Shown here: piece by piece, positions 1-12,579 of the stretch
Layout: each line of letters starts with the position of its first letter
How positions within the stretch are numbered: position 1 is the stretch's first letter
Position numbers and translations under genes: made by a program
Assembly: GCA_001179505.1 (NCBI GenBank)
Contig: CDMY01000254.1
Location: 62,001-126,000, forward strand
DNA: 64,000 nucleotides
Source: Vitrella brassicaformis CCMP3155
Taxonomy: Eukaryota; Protista; Chromerida
Direction of reading: 5' to 3'
Notes under the pieces: model-generated
What the model was told of the DNA's origin: nothing
Seen by the model: only the letters and a program-made list of their open reading frames with translations
Databases searched by the model: none

Positions 1-1503
1 GCATGTAGAGACCTGGAGGGCACAACACGCAGTACGCAACTGCATCAGACAAACCAATGCACTGTCCTCCTACATGTGTGGACGAGTGCATGCTCACCTC
101 TGTGGAGGGCGCAGACCCGCGTGAAGGCCTGAGGGAGCTCCGCCGTGCCGTACATCGGGTACAGAAACGGACTGCCTGTAAGACATCAAACATAGTGCCA
201 GAATACCGGCGTGTTCAGACATCCAAGTCCGTCGTATGGCGTACTGTATGCTTTTTTTTACCCGCGGCGTATATGCCCAGGGACCTGATGATCCGCTCCA
301 CACGATCCACACCTGCATGAATAAGCATCCCCTTTCACTGGGTGGCGCGACGCTTTTCGTGTCTCTCTCTCTCTCTCTCTGTCACCTTGTCGTGCGGTCC
401 ACTGTGGGTGTCTCTCCTCCCCCATGCAGACGCCGTACGTCATCAGGGACTGCAGCCGGTCTGTCAACTGATGCGACCCCATGTACTCGAACCACGTCCC
501 GTCCAACACACCCGACTCATCGCCACCATCTCCACTATCCTCAGCCTCGTTGTCGGTGTCGCTGGCAGCAGCGGCGGCAGCGGTGGAAGCCGTGGGCAGG
601 TCTCTGCCTTGTAGCGCCTTGGGGGTGTGGAATGCGGCAGAGCTTTGGGCAGCGGTGAGTGAGGTGAGGAACTTCATGAGCAGCCGCTTCTCGATGAGCG
701 AGAGGGCCGACGACTGGAAGATGTCACTCCGGCTGAACGGCAGCCGGAACCAGTCGCCATCAGACCACGTAAACAGCCCTTCCATTCCTGCAGACAGACA
801 GACAGTCAGACGCACAACAACACGAGGACATGTTGTATACGCCTGATGTTGGTGTGATGGCACGTGTACTGGCCTTTGAATTCCAGGTATCTGGACACCC
901 CCGATCGCAGAAGAATGTCAACTAGGTCGCTGCGGCAGTACAGCAGCCGGGGACAAACGTCCACACAGAACTGATTCGATTGCCGCACAAGCCGCTCTTC
1001 AGTCGTCTCACATCCACCGCCACCACCACCACCACCACCAGAAGCCGAGGCAGAAGCAGCAGAAGCTGGCTCACTTTCGTCGAGCAGGAACGGTTCAGTG
1101 GCCATAAAGCGGTCCACAAAACACGATGACGTCACGCCGCTATCGCTGCCGACATCGTCCAGCGGCACCCACTCTTCGCCTGGTGGTGGTGCTGTTTGGC
1201 CATCTGCCTGGAGCTGTTGATCTGTGGGTGGCTCGGGTTGTTCGCGTCCCTGTGACCACAGCTTGAGCTGTTTGTAGTTGAGGCTGCTCCAGTTGCCGCC
1301 ATAGTAGTCTCGGCCGTCCAGATGAAGCACCTTCAAACCACAGCGAGACAACGATCTGAACAAACAGAGGTAAAGACGAGGGCGAATGAACACGCGTGTT
1401 GCAGTCGTCTGTTTGACTGTCCTAACGCGGCGATGAGGCATTCGATGAGTCCCGTGCCGACGACGCACACGTCGAACTCCCGCTCGCCCTCGTCGAGGAG
1501 CAT
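1..1503 (-). CDS. Rab escort protein / GDI family (Rab geranylgeranyltransferase component A), multi-exon, C-terminal part runs off the left edge
   Basis: Exons read MLLDEGEREFDVCVVGTGLIECLIAA, LSRCGLKVLHLDGRDYYGG, FCVDVCPRLLYCRSDLVDILLRSGVSRYLEFK, RLPFSRSDIFQSSALSLIEKRLLMKFL and SPFLYPMYGTAELPQAFTRVCAL. Long acidic/Ala inserts favour REP over GDI. An alternative in-frame ATG lies at 1620. Confidence 0.9.
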
Positions 1504-2264
1504 GCGGCTGAGGTTGCGACGACGGACGAGGGCCAGAAAGCGAGGGCTCTGATCTCCTTCGCAAGCAAAGTGCCACGACTCCAATGTGCTTAGGGTGTCT
1601 ATGAAACCTTCGCTAGCCATCAGCTCGCAAGTATGAAAGCTCTCTCACCCTTGTTACCTTCCATACTCCCCAGTAACAAACAGCAACAAAAGGGAAACAA
1701 CCACAATTCAATTGCCAAGCCTTTCTGAGTTTGGTGGTGTACGCCTTCAGACTACCAACGGTGCGCTGAGTGCATGCTTGGTGCATGCGGAAGAATGACT
1801 TACAGCACATTCAATCATTGAAGCGAACGATGCAAGTGCGAAGGCGAGACCCGAAGGGCCGAGCCGAGCCACGACTAGCCACAGATTTGACGCATACTGA
1901 TTCATGGGTGGGACGGCAGGTCAGTCAATCCTATGGTCCCTTTCCATGCAATCGGACCATTCATACTACTGGGTTGGCAGGAGGATTGAATCAATGCCTG
2001 CATTGGCCAACACGATCCACACTTCTCTTTCACGTTCCTCCCCCTGTCCTCCCTCTGTCGACGGCCAAGCAAAATGCCTTTCTTGCGCGACCAAACCAAC
2101 CAAGCAGACAGACAGCCGACGAGTGACTGAGAAACGAGGCAGGCAGGGCAGAACAGCAACGAGAAATGCGTCCACACGACTACAACACGACTACAAACCT
2201 ATATATGTATGTACATGTACGCCAGCAAGCGCGAAATGACCCCCGTGGGTTCTTGAGTATCGCT

Positions 2265-5200
2265 TCAGAGTGTGAGTGTGTGCTCGATGAGTTTGTCGTC
2301 GATGGGGGTGGTCTGGAAGCCGAGCATCTTGGTGATCCCTGTGAACGTCGTGTTGTCCTTGCTGACTGTGGCGGTCAGCTGCAATACGCACGCACGACAA
2401 ACACATGGACGAATATGACGCACAAGAGAGGGGGGATTGGTGGTCGTCTGCTGAAGCTCACCGTTTTGATGCCTTCTGTCTTGGCGATCTCCACGAGCTT
2501 GGTCATCATTGCCGTGCCAAGGCCCTTGCCCTGCCAATGGACAAACACACAAACACACAAATGCCCAATTGGTGTATGTGCCCCGAGGTGGCAGGCAGGT
2601 GTCGCACCTGTGCAGCGTCGCGAATGAGCATGCGGTACTCGGCAGTGGTGTCGCGCAGACTCCGCTTGCGGTAAGCACAGAACCCCACCATCCTGACACA
2701 CACAACACAAGGGGGGATGTACATCCTTGTGGATTCTTGACCCCTTGGCTCCGTTTTCCCTACCGCCCCTTGTCGTCGGTGGCGATGAGGACGATGCCCC
2801 TGTCGTAGAGCGAAATGCCAGAGGAGGACAGAATGAGATGACGCCGATCAGGTGAGTGAACCTGCGGTTACCGATCGTAGTCGGTGTTGCACAGCTGGGA
2901 CAGGCGGCTGTGGGCCGTCCGCTCAGCAAACGACACGTCCTTGAAAAACCGCTGGCGAAGGCTGTGCAACCAGAAACAAGGGAACGTGTTTCGGCATCAG
3001 TCTCTCTGCGCCTGCGTGTGTGTACCTCACCTTCGCTCAGAGATATCGGTGTGGAACTCGATTAACAGAGGCTCATCCTGACAAACAAAGCGCAATGTGC
3101 TCATTATCTCTTCTCTTTCCCTATCTCTCTGGGGTTACCGATGCACGGATGGGTCTCACAGTGACAACCTCGTTGTTGCGTAGCGTCACTTTGGACACGT
3201 ACTCCAATGGGTAGCCGCGGATGGCCACCTTGGGCACCTTTTGGCCAGGCTTGGCCACTATGACGCGTGCATCGAGGGCCAGCAGCTGGGACGGCGAGGC
3301 CAGCAGCGGGTTGATGTCGCACTCCATGATCAGTGGCTGGTCAACCACCATGGCAGAAAACGACACAAGTATCTTCTCGAGCTCGGCGATGTTGATGGGC
3401 AGACGGCCGCGGATCTGCACGCACACAAACAGTCCGGTCCAAGGGAAGAAGTCACGTGTATATGTTTCGGTCTGCTGACCCCCTGAAGCGCTTTGTATAT
3501 CTTGGTTTCTTTCATGAGAGCGCGGGCAGTGACGCTCGTGAGGGGTGGCAGGGCCAACGAGGTGTCATGCATCACCTCCACCAATGTACCGCCAGAGCCA
3601 AACACCTGCATGCCCCAACAATCGCATACAGACGCGTGGCTCGGCATTTCATGTGAGTTGTGGGTTCACTTACAACAACAGGGCCGAACTGTGGGTCGAC
3701 ACTGGATCCGACCAGCAGCTCGTAGCCACTCAAATCAGCCATTTGTTGCACCGTCACGCCCTGTTCATTTACGCACAACAACACACACTACGTGTGAGAT
3801 TTATGTACAGGCCTCAGGCTTGACCTGGAAGTCCTCTGGTGAGTATTTGGCGGCGACGTTCTTTTGGATAAGGTCGAACGCCTCCCGCACCATGTCCTCA
3901 GAGCTGAGATTCAGCTGCACGCCCCCCACGTCGGTCTTGTGCGTGATGGTCTCAGAGTTGAGCTTCACAACCACAGGATAACCCAGCTGCGCCACATGAC
4001 AGTCACAGAGAAAGATGTGGGAAACAACTGTGCGCATGGGTGTGAGTGCTCCTTGGGTGCCTGTACGTCTCGTGCAGCCGTGACAGCGTCTTCAACGGTC
4101 TCGCAGAGGATGGTCTCGACCACGGGGATACCGTAGGCTTTCAGAACCTTCAAACATGCCACGGCAAACACAGAATGACGGCAGTCTTCCTCTACCTGGC
4201 TTCCTTACACGTACTTGTTTCGACTCCAGTTCCGTGAGGATGCTTCGATCACTGTTGCTAACGTCCTGCAGGAGCCCCTTGACAGCTCGCTGCTTCTCGA
4301 GCAGCTCGGGCGTCACTTCAATGCGAGCCTGTCGATACATCCACACGACACGCACGCACGTGTGTAAGTAAGTATGAATTGTTGATGCCGTCAGTCGGTG
4401 CGTGGCCGTACCGTGGGAGTCTCGTACAACTTAAGTTCAGACAATCAGCAAACGCATGCCTATGCAGTCGTCCATTCATTTATTCTGTCTGTCTTATGGC
4501 GTGCTTGCCTTCTCGAGGCGAGATCTCAGGCTCCAGATCTTGGCAAACACCGCAGCGGCACTGATGAAACGGACAAACTCAGTCATGATCCTTCGCCTCA
4601 CCCATTTGGTAGATCACCTGTCCGGGTACGGAATTGAAGGCACTCCGTTCTGTTCATTTCAGCCCGCGTACATGCGTAAATAAAATAGACACGGATTTGA
4701 ATATGCCTGGATATGTCGGAGGAAATGACCTTATTGAGGAGCTGGGCACCGCGCTCAACCTCAGAACCTACACGTACATACACCAAGGTACAACACCTAC
4801 TTGCATACACTTACAGAGGTGAAACATAAAGAGTCGCGTACCTCCCATCCAGCTCGCGATCACAGGCACACGAGATTTGTGGGCGGATGGCAGCACCATC
4901 TCGGCTGTGTCTGCGGACACACGAGGTGACGGAAGTGCAATGCTGGTACCATGGCAAAGCGAGAAGTGTACGCATGCAAAATGCCTCTCACTTGTAGGCT
5001 CCGTCATGTCCTAAGCGCAGAGGCGGCAACACCCGATTCACACACAAAGTATCGTCCGTCTTCGCGTGCAGTTACCTGCGGTGAGAGTACGACCAGCATT
5101 CCGTCACTGTTGGGGTCCTCGGCCACAACCTCCACTGCCTTGGCATACGTCTCAGGCGACGCATCACCCAACACGTCAACAGGATTGGAGTGGCTCCAAG

Positions 5201-7366
5201 CTGGAGGAAGAAACTGGTTCAGTCTGCACACAAATACATATACACACGTGTACATGGCTTCTGGTGTACGCGGCACGTGTTGGCTCACTTGTTGATGGTC
5301 GACTCATCGAGTGTGGCAATCTCAGCGTCGTTGAGAGCAGCAGCATCCGTCGCCAGCACGCCAGGACCACCGGCATTCGTGATGATCACCAAACGGGGAC
5401 CTGCATACCAGGACGCGCATACACTCTGCGACACGTCACCCGCGTATTGGTAGGCCCCGTCTTACCCTTTGGCAGGTTTTGTTTTGCGAGTGTGAGTGCG
5501 ACATCGAACAGCTCTCCGATGGTGTCAACTCGCAAAACGCCTGCAGAAGGGACGGGCAGCCCATTGTGTTCCACTTGCTCATGCGTGTATGCGTGTTCCA
5601 CATCAGACCTGCGCGCTTCATGGCGGCATCGAAGATGTTATCAGCGCCCGCAAGCGAACCCGTGTGGGACGAGGCAGCCTTGGCAGCAGCCTGCACGCAG
5701 AAGTGCGGTGTGTACTTGATGGGTGTGGTGTGCATTGTGGGTGGCTGACTGCTTGCCTCGGTCCGGCCAGCCTTGATGACAATCAAAGGCTTCTTCAGCG
5801 CGACCTCCTTGGCAGCGGACAGAAAGGCACGCGCGTCGCCTGTTTGACCAAGGCACAGCAAGAAAGCACGAGGCCGCAATATAGAAGAACATGTAAACCT
5901 CATTGCTGTCTTCAGTTCGTACCGATTGCTTCCATATACATCAATATGGAATCAGTGTGAGGATCCTTGCCTTAAGATCAGATCGGACGGATCAGACACC
6001 TTTCTGCCATGTGCATGTCCTGGGATTTGCTGCCTGCATTACCGAGGTAGTCGATGAGGTCTGCCCAGTTGACATCAGCCATGGAGCCTATCGAGACGAA
6101 CGCCGAGAATCCGATCTTCTCCTTGAGTGACCAGTCCAGCACCGAAGTGCACATCGCGCCCGACTGAGAGATGAAACCGATCTTCCCGGGCAGGGCCATC
6201 TCTGACGGCAACAGGTGAGTCAGCATCATAGCTACGCACTAGACGTCAGCGCCCACTCACCTGACGCAAATGTCGCGTTCAGACCAACGATCGGATTCAT
6301 GAGCCCCTGCAAACGCACAAGAATAGCCACACGCGTTGGCATATAGTGGTCTTGTCCGCACCAGGCAGTTGGGCCCGACGATGCGGATGCCGCCCTTCGC
6401 CGCCGTCTCTAACAGCTGCACGCATGTGGCAGACGCACACAGGAAAACTCATGTCAAACGCATGGAGGGAAAGCAAGTGACTTTTTGAGTTTCTGTGTTA
6501 CTTGTTCTTCCAACTTGACGCCCTCTGGACCTATCTCCTTGAACCCTGCAGAGATGACTACCGCACCTCGAACGTTCTTCTCGACACACTCTGCCATCAG
6601 GGCCGGGATGCCCTTTGAAGAATACCCAGAGCACCACATCTCAGCAATGAAGGAACGAGTAGTGAACCTACCTTAGACGGCGTGACGATCACAACCAGGT
6701 CGACGTCACCAGGAATCGCCTGTCACATGCACGAAGCATGCACTCGCTCCTACGGCGTACGTCTACGACACTGCCTTTTCACCTACCTTGACGGAAGGGA
6801 AGCATTGCACTCCCATGACCTCTTCACGCTTGGGATTCACTGCATATATGGGCCCGCTGAACCCGCCCGTGACGAGGTTGCGCATCAGTGTGCCGCCCAC
6901 ACCTGCGATCAGAAGACACCCACGTGCAAACAACCGTCACCTGATCACCCATGTGCCCCGACACCCTCACTTCTCGGCTTGTCTGTGGCCCCAATCACTG
7001 AAGAGGGGAGGAGAAAAGAAAACAGAAAACACTCCATATGCGCCACAGAGGAATGCCTTTTACATTTTCATTCGTACCAGCGACAGAGCGCGGCGTGAAG
7101 ATGGGACTGAGCCCGCTGTCTTGCACCGTCATGATGGCCTCGACAGGATCTGGGGGCGCCGTGGCAAAGTCGACCTCCTTCCATGTTGAAGAACTGACAC
7201 TCGAAGAGAACCGGACGGGCAGCTTACTGAGGAAGCTGTAGGCGAGAACAGATGTGGGATGGCTGATGATGCTGGCTCCCAGGCCCGTCTGTGGGAGAAG
7301 GCTGCTGCCCTGCCGCCGGGCACCAGCAGCCGCCACACGCAAAGTGCTCGCGAAGCGAGGAAACAT
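2265..7366 (-). CDS. Fused ADP-forming acyl/acetyl-CoA synthetase (CoA-binding + ligase + ATP-grasp) with C-terminal GNAT domain (bacterial Pat-like architecture); N-terminal mitochondrial presequence; many introns
   Basis: Leader [19 protein letters not shown]. Exons include [115 protein letters not shown] and the GNAT motif [12 protein letters not shown]|[21 protein letters not shown]. Stop after IEHTLTL at 2265. Confidence 0.9.
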
Positions 7367-7731
7367 CTCGAACCTCGTGAGGTGGTGGCGACGGTCGTGC
7401 AGGGGGCCACACGACGAGAGGGCGCGCGAAAACGGCCCGGGGGAGAGAAGGGAGAAACTACTACTAGGCGCCCCCGAACAAGGGCGATCGCGCTCACCTG
7501 TGATGTTGATGATGGAATGAATGGAACATCCATGTCAACGAAACGCTGCGTGGCGCAGCATGTTACGACTGAATTAACGCCACTGGTCTGGTGTGGGTGA
7601 TCCACGTAAGCTCTTTTGCCGCGACAAAATGTCAAGGGTCATCAGTGATAGACATATGCGCCCCGCCGCCCCAGCTGCCTGGCAGACATCCAACGGCGCT
7701 CAAGAAGTGAGCAGACCGTATCCCGTGCAGC

Positions 7732-9320
7732 CTACAGTCCTTTATTCAGAAGGACCTCTGTCACCGGCTCCCCATCTTCCGTCCTCAGTTCATGAAATGA
7801 CGGCTCGAGATGCGTGACAGAAAGCTTCATTTTCTGAGGGAAGAGGGCGATGGCGGCAGGCAAGGCGCCCCACAGGCTCAAGGAGATTATGCTCACCTCC
7901 GTAAGCACCTATATGACATACAAGACGACACAATGTGTTGACGCTGTGACGACTGATGAGAAGTGTGGGCAATATGATACCTTCAAGGCTTTGGTCTTGC
8001 TGACAAGGGGTATCCTGAGGGCAAGGGCGATGAGCGGTGGAGGGAGGATAAGGACGGGAGCCGGCAAAACGATTCGGGATATGGCCACTTGTGTTAGTGC
8101 ATGTCTGGCTGCCAGCCGGGATTTGCCGAGCGTTCGACCGGACGAGTCCTGGAAACAGTAAGAATGTGTTTTCTGACGCCTGCATTATGTCCGGCTCACC
8201 TCAACGGGGATGCCCTGCAACAAGAACGGGGAATGGATCTGCTCTGGATTGTGAACTGTGCTTTTATGGCTCACTTCAATGAGTTCGTTGCTTCTCATGA
8301 GCACTGCATTGAACACCCCAGCACCTGCCACTGCCGTGAATGGAACCACCCTTTGGAGCACTGTTCTGGAGCCAAGCGACATGCCGCTCAGACAGAAGGG
8401 AAGATGCCGAGAGTCTCCGTTCACCCCACAACCTACCTCATGCCAGGCGAGAGCGTGGCTCTTTTGAGCCCTTCGTTCAGGCCCACCGCCAAGCTGACAG
8501 ACACCGCTGTGGCAGAACTGCATATACAGCCGCAGACAGGAGAGGAGAAGTCATGGTCTCGCTGGTCCATCGTATTGCCTCTGCAATGAGAGTGCCTACC
8601 CGTAAGCCATCAGAGTGTTCTTAGTCTCATTTCTTCTGGCCTCATCGGACGGATCCTTGGACTTGTTGGCGTTCGCCCAATTGAACCTACAAGACGAAAC
8701 AAGTTCACGTGGGGACCTACATCGAGTTGTTGAGACGAGAGATGTCGACCTACAGCGCGTTGTACGTCTGGTTGACCTACACCGGTAGACACCGAACGAT
8801 TTGGTGAGTTGCGCTGGCTGTCCACCCACTGTACCTACCCATTGCCAGAGAGCAGCATTGGCGACCGTCGGGGGACTCAACAACATGCCTGCAGGACGTA
8901 TACATGGATGTATGTTGTATGTATGTAGATCTGCGTCGAACACCCCTGCGGCAGCGCCTCACCCACCTGCCACGATGGGTATGTTGACAGGCACGAACGC
9001 AGCCAGTCGGAGGGGGAGGGGGATGGGCTCGTGGGTCTGGGGATGCACACTGGCATCCAGAAGCGTCTGCGCCTCCCATAGCCTCTTGAGCTCGGGGGAG
9101 CCAGGAGGCGGTGCCGAACCGGCCTTGCTGAAACCAACACCCGACAAAGCATATGAGAAGGTGGTGGAAGGTTATGACATCATTCGCCTCACTTTTTGAA
9201 CTCATCGATGAGGGCCTGCGCTTGAAGCAAGTCTGCATCCGTCTTCAGCAGAAGGGAGGGGTCAATCAGTTTGACGAAGTGCTGTACGCGACCAAAGTAG
9301 GTCGACTGGTCAGACGCCAT
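7732..9320 (-). CDS. SFXN: Sideroflexin (mitochondrial tricarboxylate/serine carrier family)
   Basis: Exons DQSTYFGRVQHFVKLIDP, LWEAQTLLDASVHPQTHEPIPLPLRLAAFVPVNIPIVAG, VPFTAVAGAGVFNAVLMRSNEL, AISRIVLPAPVLILPP and LPAAIALFPQKMKLSVTHLEPSF...LLNKGL*. Start codon uncertain. Confidence 0.92.
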
Positions 9321-9398
9321 GAAAAACTGAGGTAGGGTAAATGATGTGACTTTGGCGTTAGAGCACGTTGAACCTTGCACAAAACTGACTCGAGGCAC

Positions 9399-10468
9399 AT
9401 GATTCGGAATTCGTTTTTCGCATCAGCTGCTGTATTGTCTTCTTGGGGGATCCTCCTCATGTTTATGACTCTCTGGCGATATCGAAGAACCCCGGCCATT
9501 GCAGACGAAGGAAGATCCAGCAGCAAGCGTGTCCCCCTTTCTGGTTTCCTTTCAGAGCGTGGTGATGAGAGAAGTTCGTGGCTTCCTCCAGTTCTTCTCT
9601 CCTCGATTGCTGATGGTCGAGGATTAATTGTCCTGACGACAACCAACTGCGGCATGGTGAGAGTTGGAACAGATTTTTGTTTGCAATGGCGAAATTCCCT
9701 CACGTCTTCGCTCCCGCCTATCAGGTCGACTTTGCCGTCAATTGGGCCAGGAGTGTCCAGAGACAGGGGATTGAAAACTTCCTGATTATCTGCCTCGACG
9801 ACAAATGTATGGAGATTCTAGTGCAGGTGTTCCCCCGCAATGTAGCCCGGGCTCCATCTGAGAGACAGCTTTCAGGGACCACTGTTGGGGCGGCAAAGCA
9901 TGGAAGCACAGGCTTTGCGGCTGTCGTTCAGACGAGACCCTTTTATATTCGGGAAGTGCTATCGAGGGGCTTCTCCGTCCTCTATAACGATGTTGATATC
10001 GTGTGGAGGAGGAGTGTTCTCCCATACATCGATGACAGCTATGATATGGCGGTCCAAATCGATAATACCGACCCAACGGACTATTGCACATGCATTATTT
10101 TCTTTCGGCCGACAGCGGCTTCTATCGTACTCGTGGATCGGTGGCAACAGATTATGAACGGCAACACGAACCCAAGAAAGAAGTCGTCGCGTCTCAATCA
10201 ACCATCGTTCAATCGAGCGATAAGGGAGATGAAGGGGAAGATGAAAATGAGGGTTCTTCCTCGGACACAGTTTCCTCCAGGCCGATACTTCTTCAATACG
10301 TCATACTCTCTTCCCACACATTCTTTGAGCCCATCAAAACGTGATGAGGTGGTCTGTGTGCATGCCAACTGGATGAAGGGTGCTGACGTGAAGCAAGACC
10401 AGCTGAGAAAGCATCAATTATGGGATGTTGACACAGGCCTGTCCAGTACATGTCTGCAGACTCGATGA
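9399..10468 (+). CDS. Nucleotide-diphospho-sugar transferase (GT77-like), type II membrane, paralog A
   Basis: N-terminal hydrophobic anchor. One intron (about 9657-9724) at TTNCGM|VDFAVNWA. Motifs VLYNDVDIVW (DxD), YCTCIIFFRPT, NQPSFN, FPPG and VHANWMKG. Confidence 0.85.
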
Positions 10469-11083
10469 TGAACGTTGTCTTTGTCGGAAGGCGACTGACT
10501 ATGAGTGCTGCAATCTCAATGCACAACTCAAAGGCGCATTTAATCAGTTGCGTGCCTCGGGCCTTGCTCTTCTTTTGTTTCAACTTCCGTCAGACTGCAT
10601 CCACGCGCCGCAGAAGGACAGACTCTCTGTCGGCCGTGCAGAATTGGTTGGAGACACGATGTGTCACCCTTGGAGACGAGCTTCTGACAGGTATAAAACG
10701 GATCTGCAGGGGTCTTGGTACCAGCGCTGTCTTGTACGGTGGATCTTGTTGCGTATCGTGCAAGGCCTTATTGTGAATTACGCGGAGTGTCTCCAATTTG
10801 CCCAATAAATACGAGAGGCACCGAAGGTGCCAAATCGCCGCAGGCAGGCCAGCCAGGGTGGCTCCGCGTCGGTCTGCAGTCTCACCGCCGGAGATGGTGA
10901 CGCGACATTGCACAAAGAAATTATTGGTCGAATTGTGCGCTTGACAGAGACATGAAGGTCTTTCACGATGTGTCGTGGGTACATTAATGACAGCCCTTAC
11001 AACATCAAGGGGGATTTTGTCGGCGAGTGTTTGTGTATTGGTGGAATCAACCCGGTGACGGCCCTTCGCATCATCGCAACAGC

Positions 11084-12408
11084 TTAGAGGCTCAGTTTTT
11101 GCCTGATCTTGAGTGTGGCGATCTCGCCTTCCTGCTCCTGGATCAACGCATCGATGCGAATCTCCAGCGAATTCTATTACGACGAGGCACACGAAGATGT
11201 CGCGAGAGACACGTTCATGTCTCTGCATACCCGTGTTTGTAGCAGAATACGGATGTCCTCTTCCGTCGACGAAAGCGCAGCCTCGATCGTCGAAAGCCAC
11301 GTCTTGAGCTTAGCGCATTCATCGGCGAGCATCGGTTCGATTGCCACACGGGGACGTCCACGAGAATTGCGCTACACGAAGGGAGCAGCAAGGCAAACAG
11401 ACCTTCCTGTGGATTTGTGCAGACAACTGTTTGCCTTGCTGCTCTCCGCGCATCGTTGAGCCACATCGATTCTCATCTTGAGCGATGAGAGGGCCTCAAC
11501 CATGCGCAGTCGCTCCCTCTGCAGCTCTGGACGCACGTGACTCATCGTCTCGTACATCTGTGCAATTATGTCCTTACCCTGAATGTCGACGGACACCTGT
11601 GCGTGTTCCTCCTGCAGTTTCATCCTTTGACGGCGGGCCTCCTCGATGTGACACTGGATGACGTTGTTGATGGAGGCGCCGAGGAGCCGCCTGAAATTCA
11701 ATGTGGTGGGTACATGTTCGTGATACATGACAAAAGTACGGTCAATGTTCGCAAACCTTTCACTTTCAATCTGCGCCCGTCTCCGGACTATTTCATGGCA
11801 ACGCCTGGAAGCCTGTTTTTCCAACGGTACAAGCACAAGCACAAGCACAAGCACAAGCATACACGGATGTCTGTGTATGTCGTCTCTACTTGAGTGCACA
11901 TCCGTCTTGTGTGACAGATGTGATTCTCCGTGGCCAGATCAGTGAACTGCAACCGAGCACACACGCACATACACACAAAGGAGAGCAAAAGATCCGCCTC
12001 ATGAACTTTGAAAGAAAAAAATCCCAACCTGAAAGTTCATGCGGCACTTCAAGCTCTGCGTTTTCGCCTTCGAATGGTGCGCCGCATTGACTGGAGCCGT
12101 ACATTACAGCAGACTGAGTGTGCTGTGTAAGACACTTGACACTTACAATAAGAGACTTGAATTGGCTGTTGGCTGCCAGCATCCTCGTCCCACCCATGCC
12201 ATCTGTGCGCGCACACACACGCGTACGCACGCAGTCCTTTTTGCATCTTATCTTGTTATGCATACGTGTGGTGAATCGGCGCCGGCTCTCTTCCTGCACC
12301 TGTTTGCTGTGTGTTCCCTTGCCCCTCTCGACCGTCGACGAGTTCAGCCGGCTGTACATCAAGCAAAGGAACGAACTCGGCAGGTTGGATGGGCGGAGCC
12401 TCGGCCAT
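11084..12408 (-). CDS. Hypothetical coiled-coil protein, multi-exon
   Basis: Exons joined by plausible GT-AG introns: MAEAPPIQPAEF..., IEEARRQRMKLQEEHAQV...LQRERLRMVEALSSLK, LKTWLSTIEAALSSTEEDIRILLQTR|NSLEIRIDALIQEQEGEIATLKIRQKLSL*. No family recognised. Confidence 0.55.
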
Positions 12409-12579
12409 ATTTCCTCAGGCCGGCTCCGCGAAAAGGGGAACTCGGGAGGGGAAAAGGGGAAAGGGAGGGAAGGGGAAGCGAGAGGGGGCTGCAGAGTTAG
12501 GGCACGTCAAACCATCCGTTCGAGGTTGCAGTTTCCTTCAGGGTTAGTTTTGACCGCATTTCGTACAGAGCATCTCAAC

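Noticed and set aside
1000-1070. CCA/GCA-type triplet runs (poly-Gly/Ala)
   Set aside because: Ordinary low-complexity insert within the REP coding sequence.
10470-11080. Several overlapping ORFs between GT77-A and the coiled-coil gene
   Set aside because: No motif or consistent splice model; probably convergent 3' UTRs.
11829-11859. (CAAGCA)n hexamer run that could look like a repeat array
   Set aside because: Simple intronic microsatellite with no spacers; not CRISPR.
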